Assembly (NCBI RefSeq): GCF_003704095.1
Contig: NW_020846445.1
Location: 62,001 to 126,000, forward strand
Length of the DNA: 64,000 nt
Reading direction: 5' to 3'
Source: Pocillopora damicornis
Taxonomy: Eukaryota
Positions 24,887 to 45,800 of the stretch are shown here, piece after piece. Below the pieces are notes generated by a model, which saw nothing but the letters and a program-made list of their open reading frames with translations, was not told where the DNA came from and searched no databases. Position numbers and translations under genes: made by a program. Within the stretch, counting starts at the first letter, position 1. Each line of letters opens with the position of its first letter.

Positions 24887-25140
24887 GGTGTAAAAAAACA
24901 GAAGAATTAGACTAAGAGGCTACATTTGTGCAAATGGCCGAGAAAAACTTTCAAACTTCGCACTGTTTCTTGTTGTCCTGGACAACGCCGTCGTTTTAAG
25001 TAGACTGGTATCGAAGTATTACACTGCTCATGCTCTTGAAGAAACCGCTAGTAAACAGAAGGCTCAAGATATTTGTAAGAGATCAAAAACTGATCAAATC
25101 AAAGTTTACGAACGACTTCAAAATATTTTATTCCTTCAAA
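24887..25140. promoter_or_regulatory. Bidirectional promoter DRC3/PICK1 with RFX X-box-like palindrome at 24972-24986
   Basis: Start codons are 254 bp apart, head to head. GTTGTC-CTG-GACAAC palindrome. Confidence 0.6.
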
Positions 25141-28100
25141 ATGATGGAATATGAATATGAAATAGACCCCAGGTATGTGAGAAGTAGTTATAACCCTTAT
25201 TAAATCCTTTGATATCGAAGTTCGTTTCATTCAAGGGTTTCTTTTCTTGATTTCTTTTTTCTGCCAGGGGACTACAAGGAAAACCAGGATCGGTGGTGTT
25301 GAAAAAAGACAAGCAAAATTTAATTGGAATAAGCATCGGTGGAGGAGCTCCTCTTTGTCCTTGCCTGTATGTCGTTCAAGTATTTGATAACACTCCAGCT
25401 TCTCGAGAGGGTGTGCTTCAGGCAGGCGATGAAATTGTCGGTGTAAATGGAAAATCTCTCAGAGGAAAAACAAAAGTCGACGTGGCCCGAGCTATTCAAG
25501 CCGTTAAAGTAAGTTCTCTTTTTGGTCCTCTTTTCTGTACACATGCGAAAGAAATTCATTTCATAGCAAACTGTTTGGTAAGTAGAATGGAGTATAAGCC
25601 AAATTTAGCTCTGGGTGGAAAGCAGAGCCTTTCATGACTGAATGATTGGATTTATTATTGTTTAAAAGTTTCATCAATTATTGATTAATTAATGAAACTT
25701 TCATTGGATGTCAATATGATTAGCTTTTCCATTCCTCAAGACCTGATTTTGAACTTGAATTAGTCCTTCCACTCTCTCAAGAGACCAATCAGTAATTTCT
25801 GCTTAAGATATCAATTTAATGTCAAGCAGAAATGTTATAAGAATTATGAAATCATAAACCGGGGAAAATTGCTCGTCTCAGCATCAAATTTCCTGAGCTA
25901 AAATTGCAAGGAATGGATGATAGACAGTAAGGATAAGTAATATGCAGATCTTAGAAGTTATGTGATCCATATGTGGGATTACTTAATTTTCATGCTTCGT
26001 GTTATTGTTGTTGTTGTTTTTTTAATCAACAAATCACAGTAATTAATTACTACTCTCCTGTTTGCTTATCAAATTAGGAGGAAGTTACTATAAACTATGT
26101 CAAACTACATGCCGAACCAACAGAAGGAAAAACTCTGGATATCAGTGAGTGAAAAGAGTGAAAATATGATATGTAAAATAATTAATGATACAATTATCTA
26201 TTGATATGGTATGTTTTATTTAATTATATATTTTTTATTTTAATGTTTACTTGTTTATGAACCACCTTCATTAAAAAAGCCCTTGGAAGGCCATTATTTA
26301 AGGGATTTGTTGAAGACCTGATAGAGTGCTGGATTCTCCTTTGAAATTTTCTCACATTTCTTTGAAAAATACAAGGAGAAATTGGTGTTGCTGAAAAAGT
26401 CAGTTAAGGCTTAATTACATGTTCTCCTTCAGTTTTACAAGGTAAGAGGCAGATCTGCCCATGTTCATGAACTTGTTTTTGTTTTTTATCACATAGTATT
26501 AAAGAAAATGAAACATCGTATAGTGGAGCACATGAGTTCATCAACTGCAGATGCTTTGGGTCTCAGCAGAGCAATTCTGTGTAATGGTAAGTGGTAGAAG
26601 ACAGAAAGTACTGTAACCTTTATGTGTCAATCTCTGTCTGTCTTTTTTTTTTTTACCTTTCATTGTGTCTGTGACTGTCAGCCCATTTCTTCATATTCCA
26701 TTAATTTTGTCAGTTCAATACAGATGAGAGGTTTATAATAGAGTTGCTATTTGTTTTGCTAAAAAGGTTGAAGAAACTGTTATTTTTACATTTAAGAGGG
26801 GTTATATGCCAGTTGGCCAGTTACCCCCTCTTTGAATGAAAATTGGTATAGTTGTTTTACATGCAGATACATATTCCATTTTGTTTTAAGTTATTTAACA
26901 TGTCACTCTAAAACATTTAATATTTTGTTTCCCTTCAGATGGACTGGTTAAAAAAATGGAGGAACTGGAGCAAAATTCCAATATCTACAAGGGTACCTTT
27001 TTTTGCTGTTGTAATTTTGGACATAACTTTGTTTATTCCAAGGTTCTCAAAATTTATAGGAAAAAAAACACTAATCCATTTATCTCTTTTTCAGGTCTTC
27101 TTGATCATGCCAGACAGTTTCTACAAAGCTTTTATAACTTAGCTCAAACACATAAAGGTATGAAAAGATACTAGCATTTTTTAATACATGGAGTTAATTT
27201 ATTTGCAGAATTAGCCAGTTGGAAAATACAGACTTGAAGATTGTCATTCTTGGGTCTTGTGAAAAAAATATCCAATTTATAACTTGAAATTCAATTGATC
27301 TTATTTTGCAGAACTTGGAGAAATATTTGCTTCCATTGGTGTGAGAGAATTGCAGCCAAATGCAAGTGAGGCATTTGCAATTTTTAGCGAGGCTCACAGG
27401 TAATAAAACAAGGCAGCAGTAAACAGGTATACTAGAAAAAGATAAGCTAGAAAAAAGATAGATCAAATGAAAAATTCCTGGGTTTTATTTGAAATGAAGA
27501 TTACACTGATCAGGATCATGGCTGTTTTTGGAGCAGTTATCCTTGCAGTACTTAAATTTGAAATTATCATCTGGTATTTGATTAAATCTTATTTATTTAT
27601 TGTTTCTTTCAGAAACTTTGAGAAGCTAGGAATGGATTATCTAAAGAAAGTCAAACCCATGTTGAGTGATCTGAACACTTATCTTTCTAAGGTACATTTA
27701 ATTGATACAAATCGGTACAGATTTTGATAAATTAGCTTTAGGTATTTTATTGTTATGCCAGAAATATAAACACCATCAACTAATAGTAACACCTTTCCTT
27801 TTACAGGCTATCCCAGATACCAAATTGACTATCAAAAAATATGCTGATGCTAAATTTGAATATTTGGTAAGTTAAGTGCAGCTTAAAATTTAATGCAATA
27901 ATGTACAGTAGTCCACTTCAATAACCCACAATGCTCACTTTACCCCAAAAATCCAAGATATCCTGCTTGATAATAATTTGTTACACTTTTTTTTTTGCAG
28001 TCATATTGCCTGAAAGTAAAGGAGATGGATGATGAAGAATATGCTTATGCTGTAAGTTTGGCTCCTGTCTCCTGTTCCTTTTCTTGTTTTAGAATCAGTT

Positions 28101-29076
28101 ATCAGTGGTCAATATTTGTGAGTCAATGCATTTAGTAAGAAGGATCGATTCATTGTTGTCTTTCCTATTATAAGGTATGTGTCTTCACAGTTGTCTGTGA
28201 TTGACTGTAAACACTTTTGCAATCACTATTTTTCACAGGCATTGCATGAATCACTTTACAGAGTAGAGACAGGAAACTATGATTACAGGTACATCTCTTG
28301 CTCTTCAAATTTTCTCTCAAAATGCATGCTTGCATGTTTCTGTTTTTTTTTATTTTTGCTGGCATGTTTTACAGGTTTATGATTTAAACTGTTCTATGGC
28401 ATGAGGAATAATGCAACCTTTTCTCATTTGGGTATGATGTAGGGTGGTATTGCGTTGTCGTCAGTTAGCCAGGGAGAGATTTGCAAAACTACGATCAGAT
28501 GTTCTTGTGAAACTTGAACTTCTTGACCAAAAACATGGTGAGTCTCTATGCATTAGAATTTCTCTGTTTGTGCTGTGTAACTTTGGCACTACTCTTGGGA
28601 AAGATTGGGGTCATTTTTTACCATTTTTTACCCAGTGTTCACTAGGCTAGCAGTTCCAATTTCTTCTAAGAATAGTTGGCCAAAACACCATCAAAATGGC
28701 AATACAATAACACATGGTTGCACAAAAATCCTCAAAAATTACTCTCCATTTTAGGTGCCTTTACCTAACAAAAATACCAAAAAAGTCTGAATCCTGAATT
28801 CACCAACTGAAGGCCTTACCTCAACCACTGACTTTAACTATCCAAGATGATACTCTTAGTAGACTACTAATTTCGGTCAGTAGTGAAGTTTCCTTTTTTT
28901 AACACTTTTTGCTATTTTTCATTTCCACAGTACAAGACATTGTTTTTCAACTTCAGCGGTTTGTTGCAGCTGTTACAGAATACCATGAGAACTGCTATTC
29001 AGTGCTGAAGGATGCCAATGTTTTCCCCATTGAGGTAGATTTAACAAGAGGAGCACTGGGAAACACACTCAAATAA
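25141..29076 (+). CDS. PICK1: PRKCA-binding protein PICK1 (PDZ + arfaptin/BAR), ~13 exons
   Basis: PDZ KKDKQNLIGISIGGGAPLCPCLYVVQVFDNTPA, then LKKMKHRIVEHMSSSTADALGLSRAILCNDGLVK, AIPDTKLTIKKYADAKFEYLSYCLKVKEMDDEE, RFAKLRSDVLVKLELLDQKHVQDIV and FPIEVDL. Stop TAA at 29074-29076. Confidence 0.96.
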
Positions 29077-30815
29077 CTTTCAACTTCATTTCATCACACA
29101 AAATGATGGTGAAGAAAAAAGGGGCATTAGTATTGGGAATAGAAGTTTAACTGATATCTCTTCATCGTCTTAATTTATTTAAAGAGCTATGTAACAGTAT
29201 TTGGAGTCTTTTTTGTGTATCTTTAAAGCTACCTTCAACTTTATGGGATTAGTACAGAATATATTATGTAGCCAATTAGGCAAAGCTAATCCAAGAAGGA
29301 TTGAAATTGGCAAAGAATAGGGAAAATCAACCCAGATTGAAAGTAATAAATGAAAGATGTACGCAATTCACGGTTTTCTTTTTTAGCATACTGAAAACCA
29401 TGACTGTAACCATTACAACAAGTTTTTCAAAAAATATCATTTCAACAGTTAAGCAACGAGGAGCTCAATTGCCTTATTCAGAATAAAGTTTTTGTAGAAG
29501 GTACTGTATGTGACAGTCTTGTAACTTGCATGCATCCATCAACAAAACCAAGTATACCATAAAATTGGTTTTTTCCTCTGGAGAAATAAGGTTCTAACCA
29601 GTCAAATTCTAGTTCAATATATTTGGACAAAGGAGGAACCAAATGATTATTAGAGAAAGGCTTACTATGTGGAGGACTTCTCTGCTGGATGTAACCTAGT
29701 CACATAGAATCTTAGGTTGTTTATGACAAGGGAAGTCAGGTGGGCACCAAATGGTATTGTCACTTTTTGTATCAGAGTTTACTTGTCAATGTGGAAGAGT
29801 AAAATATAAATATTTGTACACTGCATATTTGCAGAGAGAATGCCAATGGAATTATGTTTAAAGTTCAATAAATTATTGTAGATTGAAGAAGTCAGTGTAC
29901 AGTCATGCATTTACTCCATGGTAATGTTACCAATAAAGTTTGAGAAACTGGAGATTGTGTAAATTCTGTGTTTTGTCAAATATTTATGTTCCCTATGCAG
30001 TGTGTACCACGGGTGGTTTGTGGCTTGCATCCTCATGTTTGTTTGGTTTTTTTTTTTACACTTGACATGAAACATAAATTTAAAGACTTGCTGAGGTAAT
30101 GACGTCTTGATTTTGCCTTTAACAATGGCATGGCGGTACCTTCAGTTTTGAGGATCCTGCCTCAGTTTTTTCAGTGATTCCAGTAATTTCAGGCAATGCT
30201 CAAATGTTCATGCCAGGAGACACAAATGTTCCAGATGATCTTTACAAAATAATGAATGTAATTGCTATTTGATCTCTAACTTCTCTATAGGTTTGTACAT
30301 CTCATTAAGAAGTTATCTGCTAGAACAAAATTTGTCCTTGTTTTAGTATGCTTGGGTTTAGTTCATTGCAAACTCTATTTTTGTTTTTTTATCAGCACTT
30401 GCATTACAAAATCAAGTTTTTGGTTTAAGTCACCTTTAGGCACACCAAAGTTCCAAAAGAGATATTTCCAAACATTTAAATAAAAACTGAAAATTTGCTT
30501 GTTGATGCAGAAAATCTATACAAAATTTTGAAAAGTTTTTGCCTAGTTTGTGACCTAAACTCATTCCAAGGTTCTTTATCTTTCTTCCTTGAAAAAGGTC
30601 CAGATTCCTCTCTTCCAGGGCACACAGGGAATGATTTTGTCCAGTTTTAAGGTAAGGTACATAGGCTAATGATTCCATTTAGAATCTGTGCCACAGAGCA
30701 TGGTCTTGAAATGCCGACTGTTGAAAAAGATCCAGCCAGTTTTTCTCAATGCTTTGGAGGCCCTTTGCAAACATTCTCCGAGAAACTGCAGAGCAACTGT
30801 AGAAGGCAGAGGAGA

Positions 30816-33114
30816 TCACAGTACACCTTGCTCATCTGAAGACCACCTCCATAACTTGATGCTCTTATCAAGTGAACCTGATACAATAACTTGATCTGAT
30901 GGATGAGCATCACAGCTTAATACAGGTTTTGTGTGTCCACTCAGCTTTCCCACAATTTGACAAGAGTTTATTTCCCACATATACAGCTGATTGTCTTCTG
31001 ATCCAGATAATACCCACTTGCCATTCACTGTGCTAAGGCAGCTCATTACACAATAGTCCTTGTTTAGATGTCCTGTTGATAGATTAATACATTATAAATA
31101 ACTAAAGTATCATACATGCAGGTAGCATGTTTGATGGGGACAAAACAGCTCCTCAGATAATGCCAAAATTAACTTAAATGATGTTATTGGTATCTAATTA
31201 AGAGAAACTGTCATGTTGCATTGGCAAGGAAGGAAAAATGACCTGTGGGGTAGATATCAAGCAATTGCAACATTAACCTGATAACTACTTAATGATTTAA
31301 CATTAAGTTAGCTTTGGTTGCAATTAGGGGTATTGTGGGGAAAAAGTGTCACAAAGAAGAGTGAGATAAGCAAACAACAGGACACTATAGTCTCTTGTTG
31401 GTTACTGAATTCTTTGTGATCACCTCTTTATGTTTGATCCTTTATTACAGTACCTATCCTGTACCTAATATCAGTATAATTAGCATATTCTTCATACTTT
31501 TCTCCATACATTTCCTAAGGCACTAACAGGGAGAATTTGTTTAACAATCAAGAGCTACATTAGTTGGTGATCATTTCCTTCATTCTTGTGACCTTAATGT
31601 GTGATTCAGGGGTGACACTGTAACGAGAAATTGGATGCTAGTCACTCTAAAAACAAAATGAAAAGGTGATCACAGGGTCAAAACTTAGAATGATACCTTG
31701 GTAGGTTTTGATAATCCTTCCTTGTCCAATTTTGTAATCCCACATTGTAAGTGTGCTATCAAGGGTTGAAATCAACAGATATTTGCCATTTGGTGACATT
31801 GTGGCATGAGATATGGGTAAATTTGACTGCTGGCTTACTGAGATGGATTTCAAACAACAGCCAGACAGTACATCCCATACACAGCATTTGCTGTCATAGC
31901 TACAAGAGATGACAAGGGTCCCGTCCCTGCTGAACAGCACTGCTGTTACTGCTCCACTGTGGCCAACTAAGGTTTTCAGACAAGTACCTGATGATAAAAC
32001 AGCCCATAAGTGTACAAATAGATATTAGCTGAAAAAGAAAAATATCAATGATGAAACTTAAATGGTAAGTGGAAGTTGGACAGAAAAGTGAGGTATACCT
32101 TGATTAAAGGGCTTCTTTCTTTCCCCCACCCCAAAGGAGCTTCAAAACATACATTTTTTTTTACATAAACTGCTCCAAAATTTACCCCACAAATGAACAA
32201 ATGCAGCAAGCTTAGAAAACCAAATTGTTTGTGGTTGGGATTATCACATGCTTACTCTTGTGGAGGAAATCAGTTTAACTTCTTCTGGTTATAATCTGCT
32301 CACCAAGCTACCAGCTATTGAAAACATGCTGCTGTATTTTGTTAGTTGTGGCAAGCAAGTTAATACTGCCCACCCCCCCCCCCCCCCCCCCNNNNNNNNN
32401 NNNNNNNNNNNNNNNNNNNNNNNNNNNNNNNNNNNNNNNNNNNNNNNNNNNNNNNNNNNNNNNNNNNNNNNNNNNNNNTTTTTTTTTTTTTTTTTTTTTT
32501 CATAGGCCACTTATTGTGATTGGAGGCAAACCTCTACCTAGGGCCCCTTCCACCTCAAACCCCACCCCAGCGCGGTGTGCGTAGAATGAAAGAGTTTGAT
32601 ATGCACTTGCCATACTTTACATATTGAACCCCACCAAACCCTTCACCTTCATAATTTGCAATAGCTATTCCTATATTGCACCTTCAGACACGTCCCAGAT
32701 CTTGATGCTTTCATCAAATGAACCCGACACAACCAAAGTTGTTTTCAAGTTAAAACAGCAACAGAAGGCATAATCTTGATGACCAAGAAGAATCTTAACA
32801 CAAGTCATGCTGGCAAGATCCCATATCCTAACGCTGGTGTCGTCTGACGCCGAAACAAGAAACTGACTCGCAGAATTCCAAGAAACTTCAGAAACTTCAA
32901 GCTTATGTCCTTTCAAAGTCCCTTCTAATTTTCCAGCCAAGTTCCATATTTTGATCAGTTTGTCGGCTGAAGAGGAAACTATAAATTGCCCGTTTGGGCT
33001 AAACTTAACACAAGAGACTCCCTTACGATGGGAATTAATCGTTTTTTCGTCTGTACCAGTAAATTTATTGCTGTTTTTTGGCAATTCACAGCTGACGTCC
33101 AGACTGACGTCCAT
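30816..33114 (-). CDS. Divergent WDR5-like 7-bladed WD40 protein, 3 exons (33114-32682, 31987-31697, 31072-30816)
   Basis: Colinear with WDR5: [63 protein letters not shown]. Canonical GT-AG joins keep frame. Confidence 0.88.
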
Positions 33115-33351
33115 CTTTCCGCTAAAGAGCCATTTGTCAACAATTTCAACCCCACCCGGGAGCGTGACGTTTTTACCTCATCATTTTGAGGCTGATTGCG
33201 AAGTGTGGTAATATGGCTACCGTAGCGACCAAACTTCGAAGGAGATATCTGACCTAGAATACACTTTTTGAAACGTCCCATTTAGTTAAAAAGAATTGTA
33301 CCGGAAAAATACGTTTTGGTGGAAAGCTTATCAAGAAATCTCGTCGCCAAA

Positions 33352-42186
<8,835 letters not shown>

Positions 42187-42866
42187 ACCAGCCGAAAGGC
42201 TTGCCAAGACACAAATTATCTGCACTTTAATTTAAAAAGTCGTGCTGTCAGTGTGAAGTGTACAGATGAAGTTCCAACGGAGTTTGAGTTCCATAACAGT
42301 GCATTTTAAAGCCCTTACCGTGTTCGTAAAGGTCTGATTCAAATCTTTAGCGAAAACAGTCACAACGTCCCTTATAGCAAACCGTCATTGAAAACGTGGG
42401 ATGACTTGAAAAAACATTGTCATGGATAGCACGAAGTTTTGTAACGTATTTGAAAGGGACGCTCACTCATCTTTGTGGAATGTATGATTTGTAAATATAC
42501 ATTAATTAAACGTTATTTAACCAGTTGACTGTGTAGTCTGAGGAAATGAATAGGCAGCCACGTTTGCCATACACCCCTCGCTCGCAAGTTCAGCTCTAGA
42601 AACTCTTTACAGTGGCCAATTTATATTATTAACCAAGTTGATAAAACCAAATTATCTGACAAATATGTAATCTTAATAAATTTATGCAAATTATCAAAAG
42701 GCAACAAACTTTAGAAAACGAAAGAACATTTATTGATTCGATGATCCACTTCAACTTGTGGTAAAATCATCGCCTTCCAACTTTTATAAAAGAAATTTGT
42801 TTAGCAGATACAAATATAAGGCATCTCTAACAGCCCAGGAAAAGAAAACACTGATCTTCTTAACAT

Positions 42867-45800
42867 CTAAGAAATCTTCAAACCAGCAATGGAAGATTCC
42901 AGGGACTGAAAAAACAAACAAACAAAAACGATTGTAACACATAGAAAATGAATTAATAATCCGTTAATCATAATGGAAATTTACAAACACTCCTTCCATT
43001 TTAAATAAATATTACTAATAATTATTATCAGGGCTGTGCTGTGGCGAAGCACACGTACTACAGGGCTTACTTTTGTCCACGAGCGGCTTGCGAAATGTTT
43101 CATTTAATTTATCTATAAAGATCTTTTAAAGCTGAGCATCCTCAGCTATTTCCAATAGCAAGAATGGCAGGAAATAAATTGGAAAGGGTAATAATACACA
43201 TAACATGGTATGTAACAAGTAGCTGACCAGTTACCTTGACGTTCCAAATGACAAGACGACCATCAACACCAGATGATGCAAACTTGGTGGCACCTGCCTT
43301 AGTTCCACTGTGGATCTGCACTTGACTGAGAAAAGGAACAAAAAAAGAAGGCAAAAACTTTCTAAATTGTAGTAAACTAATCTTTTAATAGAAGCACAAA
43401 TATTAGTGCCTTCTCTCTTTGCTTCAAAGAGGATTGAAGAGGTATATATATATGCCAAATCTGCCTACACGAAACTTGTACTCACTAAATCCATGCCTGA
43501 TGGAGATAGTGAATAGAGTGGTATCAGCTATAATACGCACTAAAATAGAATTGTTTCCTACTGTTTACACTTGCTTGGTTACTGTCACCCAATCCATGCT
43601 TGATTAGAATATATCCAGTTCCCTCTAATTTCTTAACATAACAACTTTCATAAGTCCTCTCACGTAAGATTTGTTTGGCTCTACTATGTACATCACTATG
43701 CTTCATCAAAACACTTTTTCCAAAAATAATCAGTAGGATACAAAACTAAAATATTCCATTACCATGTAACTTCTTAATATGACAAAAGGGGGAAAGTTTC
43801 TAAAGCATGCATCAGTGGGAGAGTATAACAGGGTAAATTAGTATTATCAACTGAGTTGATAACGCAAATTGACCACGGTGAAGAGTTTAAAAGCTGACAT
43901 TTTGAATGTTTGCCCTTTGTCAATCATTCAATGAAAGGCTAGCGCTTGAAATATCACCTTTGAAACTCTTTACAGTGGCCAATTTACCTTATCAATTCAG
44001 TTGATAATACTAAATTATCTTTTTATGACACTCTGTCCAAAATAATTTTAATAAAGTACAAATTGATTGGAATTTCTTACTTAATGGCATTTTGATGGGT
44101 GGTCTGCACTCCTGTACCAGATTCACTGTCATCAGCACTCTGAGCTCGTTTGTCCATGGTGCGGAACTTAGCCATGGCACTGACAGTTCCAGAGGATTCC
44201 TTCTTCTTAGGTATATCCAGCTTTTGGCCTCCACTCAGAGTATCATTATCATCATGGTTGAACAAGATTGGGACATAGTCATACCCTAGAATAAAAGAAG
44301 TTTGTTGACATTGCTTAATATGCATAAAGAAATGATAGATAAGTGAAAATACAGACTTCAAAACCTTGGAGAAATTTGGTACAAATTTTTGAAATTACAT
44401 TTACATGCTACTGGTGCCCAGAGGGTTAGTGACGAAATAAAACTAGCTGCTTTCCCAGCAAGAAGTCTATTTTTTCACAAGCCATGATCAGATGGATCAC
44501 ATCTAAGGCAGCAAAAATGCTGGAATACCAGCACCCATTGATAGACAACATGTGGCCCTCCTTCCAATTGGAGCACCAAATTCCCAATTTTGTTTTCTAT
44601 AAAGCATCATAGAAAACAGTGGTGGCTCATGCAATTGCTGATCTTCTAGGTTTATGAGATTAACAACTCAAACCATATTCCACAAAATATTTTTGGGGAG
44701 CTAATGTATTGACCTCCTGGAGAAGTTTACAGCAGCCATAAGTTCAGAGTTCTTTGTTCTTTCCCCCCAAGGCTTGGGGTCTTAACCTTTTAACTCCCAA
44801 GATCTCATTAGTAATTCTCCTTACTGTCTGCTCTAAAATTCTTGCAATGTTACTTCAGAGAATTTGGTATACTGGATCAACTAATAATCACCTAATTGAT
44901 ACTGTTCTTTATTCTCATTGCTTGTCTGCTTGATATTGTATTGATATTATAAGGAGAAATTCTGTCTTGGTCACTCATGGGAGTTAAAGGGTTATGTAGA
45001 GTTTTGATGCTGAAGCTATCATTATCCAACTAATAAGCTGATGACAGAGTATGCCAATAACAGTTGCATCCACTTTCTACTTAAGTTCCCTGTTTTAATA
45101 CAAGGCAAGGTATCTCTTGCAAACATTACCAGCAGTGACAATACTGTTTTCAGTGACCCACACACAAGCTGTGAAAGGCAAGAAATCGCCTTTGATTGTT
45201 GCCATTTTGGATTCATTAGCAGCATTCACCACACTGATGCTAGAATCATGACCAACCCAGGCAAGTTTGTTTCCTGAGGCAGAGAAACTAACACCATGCA
45301 CCCAACCACCTGCAATAAAGATAGAGACAAATCAATGGAAACAGTTCTTGTGATCTTTTAACAAATTTTTCTAACTTTCACTTTGCAAATTCAAAGTTAT
45401 CAAGTCAGAGGGCATGGACTGGGGAGATTAACCTCCAATCATGGTTAGCTTAGCTCAGCAATTATGCAATTTAGCAACCATACTAGGACCTCAAACTGTA
45501 ATTTAGAGGCAGCACTTCTTTGTGGATTTGAAAAGCTTTAAACTTAAAAATTTTGTGCCAAGTCTAAATAAATTAATAAACAGCAACCAAACTTTAGAAT
45601 CTACCCAAGCATACTCTACATCAATAAAACAACCTGGCATAAATGCTTTACTACAGGCCAAAGTCACGCTGCTGAAGACTGTTACATGTACATACCTCTG
45701 CCATTAGAAAACTCAGACAAACAGCTTCCAAAACTGGATTTCTTTCCCCAGATAGTGTCTGTGTTAGTCTTTCCATCTACTTCCTTTATAAAAGCAGAAA

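Noticed and set aside
32374-32500. Poly-C and poly-T tracts flanking a gap
   Set aside because: Homopolymers at contig ends typical of sequencing dropout. Uninterpretable.
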